Below are positions 27,886-37,335 of a stretch of DNA of 64,000 nt, piece after piece. Source of the stretch: a virus; the IMG/VR virus record IMGVR_UViG_3300013306_000001, positions 1 to 64,000 of that record; one strand, 5' to 3'. The notes below the pieces were generated by a model. The model made no database searches. It saw nothing but the letters and a program-made list of their open reading frames with translations, and was not told the DNA's origin. The translations under genes were made by a program, and so were the position numbers. The stretch's first letter is position 1; every line of letters begins with the position of its first letter.

Positions 27886-28614
27886 ATGAAATACACTAAA
27901 GAAATACTTAAACAGAAACTGCTGGATTTTGTTGAAATATATAATAGGAATCCCACTGGCAGAGACTGTAAAAAGTACCCAGAAATATTAGTCGGTAAAA
28001 ATACTTTCGTCAGATATTTTGGCTCATTTAATTCAGCCATTTTATATGCAGGACTAATTCCCTATACGAGAGATTTAAGAGACTATAAAACTATTTCTTG
28101 TGAATTCTGCAATATTGAGTTTATAGATAAAACTTGTGAAGCTAAGTTTTGTTCGAAGTCTTGTTATAATTCTTCAAGGAAAGATCAAGCTAAAAATAGC
28201 AAACCCGACATAGTTATAAAGGTTTGCTTAGAGTGTAATTGTTCATTTGAATCTGACAAAAAGAGCAGAAAGGGAAATTTCTGTAATTTTATTTGTAGGT
28301 CTACCAATCAGATGAAGAACACTTCAATTGGTGAGATGTCTAGATATACTGAACAAAATAAATACCGAGCTATTAGAGATAAAGCACATAATTTCTATAA
28401 CACTTTTGGTAAAAGTTGTTCTTGTGCAAATTGCGGTTACTCAAAGCATGTTGAGCTTTGTCATATAAAGGCAATTACTGATTTTGATAAATCAGAAAGT
28501 GTTTGGGAATGCAATAAACCCGAAAACATTATATTCTTATGTCCTAACTGTCACTGGGAGCTAGACTATGGCGACCTTTCAGTAGAAGATATAAGGGTTT
28601 GTAATTTGTCGTAA
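27886..28614 (+). CDS. HNH endonuclease with Zn-finger repeats, inserted in the tRNA locus
   Basis: N-terminal YTKE.L...YFGSFN.A repeat, CxxC/FCSKSC modules and CANCG...ELCHIK...N.IFLCPNCH HNH motif; ATG at 27886. Confidence 0.8.
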   Translation: MKYTKEILKQKLLDFVEIYNRNPTGRDCKKYPEILVGKNTFVRYFGSFNSAILYAGLIPYTRDLRDYKTISCEFCNIEFIDKTCEAKFCSKSCYNSSRKDQAKNSKPDIVIKVCLECNCSFESDKKSRKGNFCNFICRSTNQMKNTSIGEMSRYTEQNKYRAIRDKAHNFYNTFGKSCSCANCGYSKHVELCHIKAITDFDKSESVWECNKPENIIFLCPNCHWELDYGDLSVEDIRVCNLS

Positions 28615-28638
28615 GTTCAAGTCTTACTGGACCCACCC
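28595..28638 (+). pseudogene. tRNA 3'-half remnant
   Basis: T arm GTAAG-TTCAAGT-CTTAC followed by TGGACCC-ACCC, overlapping the HNH stop codon. Confidence 0.45.
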
Positions 28639-28786
28639 TACATTATAGTCAATTATATTCTTTGGTATAATTGATTCATGTGAAAGCAGACAAGGGCTGT
28701 CCAACTAAAAGCCTATGTTGTCTGTCTATAGGCTATAATACCCTTAAAACAAGACACCTAAAATAAATACAATATAAGGTGTTGCA

Positions 28787-29050
28787 ATGTCAGATACGAT
28801 TGCAGATGTTATCTTAGATAACGTTAATTATCAGAATGTGAATGCTCTTTCAGGAATTCCTGTAGGAACTAAAGTTCTTCTCCAGTTCAAGGGTAGCGGT
28901 AACGTAAGGGTACAACTTAAACCATTTCAACCAGCCAGCTCTTCTGCCGACGGTCTTCAGTTGATCTCCTTTGAGATGTACATGATTGATCAAGGAGAGT
29001 CAATCATTTGGGCAAAGGGCACAGGCCGCCTTTGCGTACAGGTGGCTTGA
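28787..29050 (+). CDS. small beta-rich virion-associated protein
   Basis: 87 aa, coupled to the downstream fibre gene. Confidence 0.55.
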   Translation: MSDTIADVILDNVNYQNVNALSGIPVGTKVLLQFKGSGNVRVQLKPFQPASSSADGLQLISFEMYMIDQGESIIWAKGTGRLCVQVA

Positions 29051-29051
29051 T

Positions 29052-30389
29052 ATGCCAGTACGTCCAGTTTTTCCCGGAGAGGGTGGTGGTAATGGTACAG
29101 GTGCTGTAAATTCTGTGAATGGTGAGCAAGGTGATGTGATAATCACTGCTCAAGATTTGAATGCACAGCCCGCGTCTACAGTGCTTACAGATATTGCTGC
29201 TATTACAATGCCAGACAATAGTTTCCTACATACAGATGGTTCAGGAAGTTTTACACCATCCTTATGTATGCCTGCTGGTGTTGCTTGGTTGTCCTATACA
29301 ACTGTAGATCAGCAAAAAGAACACCTCGCATTGGCTGAAGTAGCAAGCTCTGGTGACTATAATGATTTAATCAACAAACCTACTTTGTTTGATGGAACTT
29401 ACGCATCACTTATAGGTAAACCGACAAGCTTCACACCAGCAGCCCACACACATAGTATAAGTGACGTGACGGGTTTGCAAACAAACCTTGACTCAAAGCT
29501 CGGTATTGGCTCCAGTATTCCTTACAGTAGTTTGACAGGAACTCCTAGTATACCTGCCGCTCAAGTTAACAGTGACTGGACAGCAGTTAGCGGTATTTCT
29601 CAGGTCTTAAACAAGCCTAACCTAGCAACCGTGGCTACCAGTGGAAGTTATGCTGATCTAACGAATAAGCCTGTAATTCCTTCGGTCAATTATCCAGTTA
29701 CATCGGTAAATACTAAAACTGGTGTAGTAGTATTGACCAACGCTGATGTTGGAGCAGCAGCTTCTGTTCACACTCATACAATCAGTGACGTTACTGGTCT
29801 ACAAAGTTCTCTTGACAGTAAAGCTAGTACAGCCTCTCTGTCAGTGTATGTGACCACGGGTTCGTTGAGTACAAGTCTAAGTGGTTATGCAACAACATCT
29901 GCATTGACTTCAGGTCTTTCTTCAAAGTTTAATGCCCCAACAGGAACCGCATTACAATATGTACGTGGAGATGGTACACTAGCTCCTACTCCTATAATAC
30001 CTACAATTGTGAGTGCATTTAGCAATGATGCTGGATATCTTACAAATGCTGTTTTGCCAGTTTATAGGAGAGTTGATAACTCTATTGTAACTGCTCCTAT
30101 AAAGGTAAAGTATTACACAGTGACAAGTGATAGCAGCTCTGTTTGGACTGTAGCTTTAGGAACTGATTTTACTGAAGTTTTGGATGTTCAAGTACAACCA
30201 GTAAGCGTTTCTAATACGATTGCTGGAGTAAGGACTGCCAGTTTAAATGCTTACACAACTACAGCAACATCTATCTCTGGTATAACTTATGGTAATAATG
30301 TATTGACAACTGTATTAGTTGGAGTAGGAGCTAACACCCTTGCACTGCTACCTTCTACGGTTGTTAGGGTTAGGGTTGAAGGAAAGTAG
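29052..30389 (+). CDS. auxiliary fibre protein with repeated modules
   Basis: Duplicated VxSVNxxxGxV, VAxSGxYxDLxNKP and HTHxISDVTGLQxxLDSK fibre repeats; ATG 29052 after the upstream stop. Confidence 0.7.
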   Translation: MPVRPVFPGEGGGNGTGAVNSVNGEQGDVIITAQDLNAQPASTVLTDIAAITMPDNSFLHTDGSGSFTPSLCMPAGVAWLSYTTVDQQKEHLALAEVASSGDYNDLINKPTLFDGTYASLIGKPTSFTPAAHTHSISDVTGLQTNLDSKLGIGSSIPYSSLTGTPSIPAAQVNSDWTAVSGISQVLNKPNLATVATSGSYADLTNKPVIPSVNYPVTSVNTKTGVVVLTNADVGAAASVHTHTISDVTGLQSSLDSKASTASLSVYVTTGSLSTSLSGYATTSALTSGLSSKFNAPTGTALQYVRGDGTLAPTPIIPTIVSAFSNDAGYLTNAVLPVYRRVDNSIVTAPIKVKYYTVTSDSSSVWTVALGTDFTEVLDVQVQPVSVSNTIAGVRTASLNAYTTTATSISGITYGNNVLTTVLVGVGANTLALLPSTVVRVRVEGK

Positions 30390-30396
30390 TTTTACA

Positions 30397-30423
30397 AAGC
30401 TGTCTTGAAATATAGACAGCTTC
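30397..30423 (+). terminator. hairpin terminator
   Basis: AAGCTGTCT...AGACAGCTT. Confidence 0.55.
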
Positions 30424-30465
30424 AATAAGGCTATTGAAAATAGTTAAAATAAATTAGAGAAATAC

Positions 30466-30495
30466 TTGACAAACACTCTATCTATCATGTAATAT
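30466..30495 (+). promoter_or_regulatory. sigma70-type promoter upstream of the packaging operon
   Basis: TTGACA with TAATAT 18 nt downstream. Confidence 0.55.
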
Positions 30496-30529
30496 CTCTT
30501 TTATGAATTGAACATAACGGAGAAACTAA

Positions 30530-30913
30530 ATGGCAACTCAACAAATTGTAGTGAGTTCAGCAAATCCTGTAGAATTTATTAAGCGTGTCATTGAGCTTAG
30601 TAAACAAGGCGCTGTCCTTAAAGATAATACTTGTCCTCGACTTCGTACACTTCCTTTTATTGCTGAGTTTACTTTCGAGCTTAGTGGCACAGAAGAGTTG
30701 AAGACTAGCCCTGGTGTGAATGCTATCCCTGTAGCGCTTAGTGACAAGGTTTACACTAAAGAGCAGCTTGAAGCTATGCCTATCGAGGATATGCGCCCTG
30801 TTGTAGCTAGTCGGGGTGTTAAGGGCAGGGACAAGCTTAAAATGATTAAGCAATATCTTGCTGCTGTAGAAAGTGGTAAGGATGCAGATGAGTCTTCGGG
30901 AGAAGACGAATAA
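30530..30913 (+). CDS. hypothetical protein with C-terminal Rho-N/LEM-like helix pair
   Basis: YTKEQLEAMPIEDMR...GVKGRDK.KMI; GGAG RBS. Confidence 0.65.
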   Translation: MATQQIVVSSANPVEFIKRVIELSKQGAVLKDNTCPRLRTLPFIAEFTFELSGTEELKTSPGVNAIPVALSDKVYTKEQLEAMPIEDMRPVVASRGVKGRDKLKMIKQYLAAVESGKDADESSGEDE

Positions 30914-31049
30914 AGAGTTTGCTGTTTGCAGCAACATGAGGCCCGTCGGGATGACGCCCTCACCTATTCAGGACACGTTGTGAAACGCTCCTATACTCAT
31001 GTCTTGCCGAGAGGCACACAGTTATCTTAGTTTGATAAGAGGCTAATAC

Positions 31050-31637
31050 ATGAATGAAGTATTACTTACCCACGAGTATTTAAAAGAAGCTTTAACTTAT
31101 AATCCAGAAACTGGAAAGTTTACTTGGAGGTTGGATAGACCAGATTCACACTTCAAAGATTGGAGAGGTAAGAATGGCTTCTATAGTAATATTAGTCCTT
31201 CCTTAGAGGCGGGATCAGTATCAAGAGTGACCAAGAGAAATCCTTCATCATATATTGTAATCGGCCTTTGTGGAAAGCTTTATAAAGCCCACCGCCTTGC
31301 CTGGTTTTATGTAAACGGTGAATGGCCGTCCGAAGATATTGATCATATTGATTTAAATACTCAAAATAACGCAATATCTAATTTACAACTTAGTATTGAT
31401 AAACTTAACCACAGAAACCGTTCCAAATACAGTAATAATTCTTCTGGAGTTGTTGGTGTATCTTTCCATAAAAAGACTGGTAAATGGCAAGCTGAAGGTC
31501 AAGAAATTGTTGACGGTAAGAGAGTCAGACACTATTTAGGTCTATTTAAAAATCTAGAAGATGCAGCAAATGCTCGAAGAGATTGGGAAGTCGCGTACGG
31601 ATATTCTGAAAATCATGGTAAAGAAATTTCCAGATGA
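31050..31637 (+). CDS. HNH-AP2 homing endonuclease
   Basis: L.YNPETGKFTW, YKAHRLAWFY..GEWP..IDHID...NN.ISNL and NSSGVVGVSF...KWQA...YLGLF. Confidence 0.9.
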   Translation: MNEVLLTHEYLKEALTYNPETGKFTWRLDRPDSHFKDWRGKNGFYSNISPSLEAGSVSRVTKRNPSSYIVIGLCGKLYKAHRLAWFYVNGEWPSEDIDHIDLNTQNNAISNLQLSIDKLNHRNRSKYSNNSSGVVGVSFHKKTGKWQAEGQEIVDGKRVRHYLGLFKNLEDAANARRDWEVAYGYSENHGKEISR

Positions 31638-33346
31638 CAGATATGGATTATAGTTTCCAGCCAGCTTCGCGAAAGCAAAGCTGGTTCTTGGCTAGCAATA
31701 GTAATATCATTGTATATGGTGGTGAACTTAGCGCCTCCATTTAAAACCCCTCTAATTCGGTGAAACCCAAACGTAAAGACGTGGGTAATACCGAGCGAAG
31801 ACTTATTTATAAGTAACGTGTAGAGACTAACGCTGATGAATGTAAGCGAGTAGGTTGCAAGTGCAATCGAAACGGGGGGCTACGAAAGTAGAAGATATAG
31901 TCCGATCCTTTGCGAAAGCGAAGAGAGTTTAACGAACTCTATAACTAAAAGGCTATGGGTGGTGGCAAGTCCTATTGTGGTTTGCTACGACATCTCCGCT
32001 GGGTTGACGATCCTCAGTATCGTGGATTCATTATCCGTAAAAACCAAACAACTTTGATGAAAGCTTCTGGTTTGTTTGACGAAGCTACCAGCTTATATAA
32101 AGCGTTTGATCCTAAAGTAAAAATTAACAAAAAGGCTATGACCTTTACGTTCCCAAGTGGTGCCATTATTGCCATGTCTCACTTGGAAACTGACGAAGAT
32201 GCAGAGAAATTTCGTGGCCTCCAAATTTCCGGGGCGATGATAGATGAAGCCACTCAGATAACCGAAGACCATACTCTGGTTGTATTATCTCGGCTGCGTT
32301 CTAAAGCAAAGATGGTTCCCAATCTTTTCCTGACTTGTAACCCTTCACCTGATTCTTTTTTGAGACGTTGGATTGATTGGTGGATTATTCCAAAAGGAGA
32401 AGAAAACGAAGGTCGGCCCGACCCCGAACGGGATGGTAAAGTTCGTTGGTTTATTCGAATCGCTGGTGACATGATTTGGGCAGACACAAAAGAGGAACTC
32501 CTGGAGATATACGGCAACAGAGACGGTGAAGGTAATATTTTACCGGACACAGATGAAAAACAACATTGTCGTCCACTGTCCCTACAGTTTATTTCAGCCA
32601 CAATCTACGATAATCCGCCACTTATTAAATCCAACCCCGGATATCTTGCAAACCTTCAAGGTCTCAAGCGCGTAAAAAAGGAGCGCGACCTTTACGGGAA
32701 CTGGGATATTCGTGAGGATGCCGCAGGATTTTGGAAAGCGGAGTGGCTGGGTGAGCCCGTAAATGAATATGATTTAAATATTGTTCAATATTGTCGTGCA
32801 TGGGATATTGCCGGAAGTTTACCTTGTGAAGCGTTGCCAAATCCTGATTGGACTGCTGGCGTTTTAATGGGTAAAACAAAAGAAGGTCTATATATCATTC
32901 TAGATGTTGTTCGATTTAGGGCAAGATTTGGAGAGGTGATGCAGCGCATTGTAGAGACGGGCTTAGATGACCCCGATGGTACTCAAATCATTATTCCACA
33001 AGAGCCGGGCCAGGCAGGTAAAGCTGCTGGACAAATGATGATTAAAGAACTTATTTCTGAAGGTCTTTTCGCAAGAATGCGCCCGTCTAATAAGTCTAAG
33101 GTTGTACGGTTTCAACCAGTAGTTTCGGCATCGGAAGCGGGTCTTGTTCGTTATGTTCGCGGTGCATGGAATGATGCTTATTTCTCAGAGATGGAAGGCT
33201 TCGATGGAACCCGCGCTGTGAAGGATGACCAAGTTGATGCAACTAGTGACTCATTCATTACATTAGCACAGAAAATCCATATTGGTAATTTTCTTGGTGG
33301 TTTAGTAACTGCTGACCTCTCAACTAAAAATCCATTTAATCGCTAA
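31634..33346 (+). CDS. terL: terminase large subunit, two exons (31634-31723 and 31952-33346), 494 aa after splicing
   Basis: Splicing restores Walker A IIVYGG|AMGGGKS; Walker B MIDEA, LTCNP, RAWD and DDQVDA nuclease motifs. Confidence 0.9.
31724..31951 (+). mobile_element. group I intron without internal ORF (228 nt)
   Basis: P AATTCGGTGAAA, Q AATACCGAGC, R GTAGAGACTA, S AAGATATAGTCC. P1 with U.G splice pair, P10 TAGC/GCTA and terminal G at 31951. Confidence 0.9.
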
Positions 33347-33355
33347 GGAGCCTTC

Positions 33356-34840
33356 ATGGCTGAAGAAAATACAGAAACCCTTAGTATGGGTGAAAATACA
33401 CCCATTAGATTGAAGTTGGGGGAGACAGGTTACAACGCACTCAAAGTTGCCGGAGGCGTCCTGTTTGAAGAGTGCGCATGGGAACTGCGATGGCCTCATG
33501 CCGTACAAACGTTTAAGAAAATGTCAAAAGATGGCACTATCTCTCCAGCATTAAATCTAGTTGAGATGATGATTGCTCGTGTCCCTTGGACTGTAAAAAT
33601 CCCCGAAGGTTATGAGGAAGAATTAAAATCAAAAGCAAATTTCCTCTCCCAATGTAAAGAGGACATGGACCATTCTTGGAATCAGTTTATAAAGGAAGTT
33701 GTAAGCTTTAATAGATATGGTTTTGATATTCAAGAAAAAGTCTACCGCCGCAGATTTAAATCAAACGGATCTAAGTATGATGATGGTTTAATTGGTATCA
33801 AAAAGCTTCCTCAACGTTCTCAAGATTCCGTAGTTGGATGGGAATGGGAAAATGATGGCCGTGATCTTTCTGCTGTCTGGCAAGCAGTTGTAAAACCAAC
33901 AGGACTTGAACAATCAACTTATTTTGGCCAAGACTCTATTTATGGAGACAAGGTAAAAATTCCTCGCAAGAAGTTTTTATTGTTTCGTGCGGGCAGTCAG
34001 AAAGATGATCCAACAGGCCAAAGCCCCTTAGTAGGTGCATGGGAGTCTTGGAAGTATAAGAAGGCTTTTGAAGAGTCTGAGGCGATTGGTGTATCACAAG
34101 ATATGCAAGGTTTCAAGGTATTGTACCTACCTCCTCGTTATATGGACCCTAACGCTTCTCCTGAAGACAAGGCTGTATACGAATACTACAAGAAAATGAT
34201 GCGAAATGCTGCTGTAGCGGAGCAATCAGGTTTTATTCTCCCGATGGTACAGAATGCAGACGGTAATAAAGAGTTTTCGTTTGAGATTGTTTCTGTCACA
34301 GGACAAAAAGCTTTTGACACCAGTGCAATAATTTCCCGGTATGCACAAGAGATTTTGACATGTTTGTTTGCTGATTTCTTGAGTCTAGGTAATAACGGAT
34401 CAGGCTCGTTCTCTCTTGCAGAGAGCAAAGTTTCTGTTGCAGAGATGGCTATTGAAGCAAAGCTAATTGAGATTAAAGATCAATTGAACCACGATCTAAT
34501 TCCTCAGTTGTTTTCTTTAAACGGCTGGGACACAACAGTTACTCCATACTTTGACTTTGGTAAGTTAGCTCAACAAGATCTAGATGTTCTTTCCAAGTTC
34601 ATCCAACGCGTAGCCTCTGTTGGTCTAATGTCTCAAGACGCTGACACTATCAACTGGATTGCTGATCAGGCTGGGATGCCAACACCATTCTATGGAACAG
34701 AGGATATGGAAGAAGTAAGAGAAAAACTTACAACGTATTCTTCTGGTGCTGGAGAAGGAATGACAACAGCCGGTGAAGGGACATCAACTAGCCCAATAGG
34801 AGGAGATGATGCCTCTGTTGGTAATAATGAAAATACATAG
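33356..34840 (+). CDS. portal protein
   Basis: 494 aa directly after TerL; GSFSLAESK and LN.DLIPQLF.LNG (DUF935-like) motifs. Confidence 0.85.
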   Translation: MAEENTETLSMGENTPIRLKLGETGYNALKVAGGVLFEECAWELRWPHAVQTFKKMSKDGTISPALNLVEMMIARVPWTVKIPEGYEEELKSKANFLSQCKEDMDHSWNQFIKEVVSFNRYGFDIQEKVYRRRFKSNGSKYDDGLIGIKKLPQRSQDSVVGWEWENDGRDLSAVWQAVVKPTGLEQSTYFGQDSIYGDKVKIPRKKFLLFRAGSQKDDPTGQSPLVGAWESWKYKKAFEESEAIGVSQDMQGFKVLYLPPRYMDPNASPEDKAVYEYYKKMMRNAAVAEQSGFILPMVQNADGNKEFSFEIVSVTGQKAFDTSAIISRYAQEILTCLFADFLSLGNNGSGSFSLAESKVSVAEMAIEAKLIEIKDQLNHDLIPQLFSLNGWDTTVTPYFDFGKLAQQDLDVLSKFIQRVASVGLMSQDADTINWIADQAGMPTPFYGTEDMEEVREKLTTYSSGAGEGMTTAGEGTSTSPIGGDDASVGNNENT

Positions 34841-34851
34841 GGAGTCCGTTA

Positions 34852-35568
34852 ATGGCTGAAGTTTATTGGCTGAGACTCCCGGAACATACAGATATGTTTT
34901 CTGAAGGTTATGTTGGAATTACCAGAAAGACTACTCAAATTAGGTTCGATCACCATTGTAGGGCTGTGAATTCTAAAAAAGCTAAAAATTCAATTATCTC
35001 ACGAGCTATTAAGAAGTATGGCAAAGATGGTCTAGTAGCTGAAACTTTAGTAATCTGTGAAATAGATTATGCAGTAGATATTGAAAAGAAGCTCAGACCT
35101 TCAGACGGCATAGGCTGGAACATCACAAAAGGTGGTGGTCTTCCTCCCCTTGCTAATAGGCTAGGTCACAAGATGCCTGACTATGTCAAAGAAAAACTTA
35201 TAGAAGCTAATACAGGTAAGAAGGATTCTGAAGAGACTAGATTGAAGAAATCTAGATCAGGAATTGGTCGTAAGCATTCAGAAGAATCTATTAATCTAAT
35301 GAAAGCCAGTAAAGCAATGGTTAAACTTTGGGAAAGACCTTTTGTTAGATTAGACATTTGGAAAGACGCTGATTTTTATTATAGTCGTTTTCTTGATGGC
35401 ATGAGTTCTTACCACACCGAGAAGAAATTTGAACTTGTTAGAGGATCTTTAACTAGTCTTTATAAGCACTTCAAAAGCGGTTGGAATCCTTTACAAGACC
35501 TTTTGTGGCTAGAAGATTTTAAACAACAGGAGGCCATGAATGGCTCACAATCTATTCCGTCTCCGTGA
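34852..35568 (+). CDS. GIY-YIG homing endonuclease with NUMOD3 repeats
   Basis: VYW...GYVGIT...RF..H, GWNITKGG, GKKDSEETR/GRKHSEES. Confidence 0.85.
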   Translation: MAEVYWLRLPEHTDMFSEGYVGITRKTTQIRFDHHCRAVNSKKAKNSIISRAIKKYGKDGLVAETLVICEIDYAVDIEKKLRPSDGIGWNITKGGGLPPLANRLGHKMPDYVKEKLIEANTGKKDSEETRLKKSRSGIGRKHSEESINLMKASKAMVKLWERPFVRLDIWKDADFYYSRFLDGMSSYHTEKKFELVRGSLTSLYKHFKSGWNPLQDLLWLEDFKQQEAMNGSQSIPSP

Positions 35569-36883
35569 GAAGACTTTAAATACTCCGCAACTCATGTCCA
35601 TTCAAGGTTTTGATGCAATTGCTAAATACCTTGATGATCGTTGTTCACAAGACTTTAAACTTGAAGTTGGTGAAGACTTTAGAAATGAAGCTAATGAGCG
35701 TTATTCATTTAATGCTGACCTTGGCGTAGCAACACTTTCTATTGATGGTCCTCTTAGCTACCGTCCTATCACCATGTTTGGTATGGATTGTGGGGGTACA
35801 AGTTACCAACAACTCAAAGAAGATTTCACATATCTTGTAGAGAGTGGTGCAAAGACTGTTGCTCTTACCGTAGACTCACCCGGCGGTGAAGCACACGGTT
35901 TGTTCCCAACCGCACAATATATGCGTGATCTTGCTAATGAGAACGGTGTAAAGATTTTGGCGTTCGTAGACGGTATGTCCGCGAGCGCTGGATATGGTCT
36001 TACTTCTATTGCTGATGAAATTATTATTTCTCCCGGCTCTGAGGTTGGATCGATTGGTGTAGTTGTTCGTTTAATGAATGACTCGAAAGCTCTGGAAAAA
36101 GAAGGGTATGAACGTTCCTTTGTGTATGCAGGTGGCTCTAAGGTGCCATATGCAGAAGATGGTTCTTTTCGCCCTGACTTTATCAATGATATTCAATCGA
36201 AGGTTGATTCCTTGTATGTAGAGTTCACAGAGTTTGTTGCAAATCAACGTAACCTTTCTGTTGATAGTGTCAAGTCAACCGAAGCTCGTACTTTCCTTTC
36301 AAAAGAAGCTGCTGAACTCGGTTTGATCGACCAAGTAATGACTGTCGAGTCATTTTACAATTACCTTGCCGATACGGCTCAGAAACCCCAAGAGAATGGA
36401 ATGATTAAAAGTCGTCTATTTAATATGAAAAACAATACTGAGGAAACTCTTGAAATGACCCAACTTGCTGAATTGCAATCGCAACTCACTGCTGCAAATG
36501 AGCAACTTGCAGAGTTCTCCTCTGTAAAACAAGCTCTCGCTACGTTGCAAACTAACTTCACCGATCAGACTACAAAATTGAGCGAAGCTCTTGAAAAAGT
36601 AGCTCAGATGGAATCTGAAAAAGTTGAAGCTAAACTATCAGCCCGGAAAGAAAAATTGTCTGCTGTTAAACAAGAAGCTTTGCTGACATCGTTGTCTGCT
36701 TTGGATGATGCATCATTTGAAGCTGTTGTAGCTGGCTTTAAAGCACAAGCTGAAGTAATCGACCACTCCGCTTTGATGTCAGAAGTTGGTGGTCAGGGTA
36801 AAGAAGTAGTGCCAGAAAAACCTCAAGGTGAAAACCTCACCGCTCAACTCCTGAAAAATCAATTCCAAAAAGGTGCTAAATAA
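35540..36883 (+). CDS. prohead protease (S49) fused to scaffold
   Basis: DSPGGE, ASAGY and VGSIGVV S49 motifs; coiled-coil C-terminus. Confidence 0.85.
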   Translation: MAHNLFRLREKTLNTPQLMSIQGFDAIAKYLDDRCSQDFKLEVGEDFRNEANERYSFNADLGVATLSIDGPLSYRPITMFGMDCGGTSYQQLKEDFTYLVESGAKTVALTVDSPGGEAHGLFPTAQYMRDLANENGVKILAFVDGMSASAGYGLTSIADEIIISPGSEVGSIGVVVRLMNDSKALEKEGYERSFVYAGGSKVPYAEDGSFRPDFINDIQSKVDSLYVEFTEFVANQRNLSVDSVKSTEARTFLSKEAAELGLIDQVMTVESFYNYLADTAQKPQENGMIKSRLFNMKNNTEETLEMTQLAELQSQLTAANEQLAEFSSVKQALATLQTNFTDQTTKLSEALEKVAQMESEKVEAKLSARKEKLSAVKQEALLTSLSALDDASFEAVVAGFKAQAEVIDHSALMSEVGGQGKEVVPEKPQGENLTAQLLKNQFQKGAK

Positions 36884-37317
36884 TGCCCATCGTAGTTCGT
36901 GGTTTTACCCAACTGTCCGACCTTGTAGTTCACGAACGTGATCCTAGTGTTGGTTATGCCCGGGAAGTTGTCTTTGTTGACGTAGCTGCTGATACTCCTG
37001 TTGTAATGGGTATGGTTGCTTATCGTGCAAAAGCCGCAACTGACACTGCTTACACTCTTCTGTCTGCTGCTGCACAGCTTGTTGCTACTAACGAATTCAT
37101 CGTTCTGTTTGGTGACGAATATTGCGCTAAGCCACAAGGCTTCACTTTGCTGGCTGCTGAAACTACCGACAACGCTGTTGGTTATGTCCGTGACAACGTA
37201 ATCCTGAAAGATTACCCAGTACGTCAGGCCACTTCCGGTTTCCTGAACGCCACTCAATTCGAAGGTCTGCGTCACTTGCTCAAAGAGCAGGGCGTCATTC
37301 TTGAACTTACTGTTTAA
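36883..37317 (+). CDS. head decoration protein
   Basis: Position between protease and MCP; 144 aa. Confidence 0.7.
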   Translation: MPIVVRGFTQLSDLVVHERDPSVGYAREVVFVDVAADTPVVMGMVAYRAKAATDTAYTLLSAAAQLVATNEFIVLFGDEYCAKPQGFTLLAAETTDNAVGYVRDNVILKDYPVRQATSGFLNATQFEGLRHLLKEQGVILELTV

Positions 37318-37335
37318 TCTGGAGCTTAAATAACT

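Noticed and set aside
31955-33346. TerL starting at ATG 31955, as in the ORF track
   Set aside because: It begins inside Walker A. The upstream exon plus group I intron explains the missing N-terminus.
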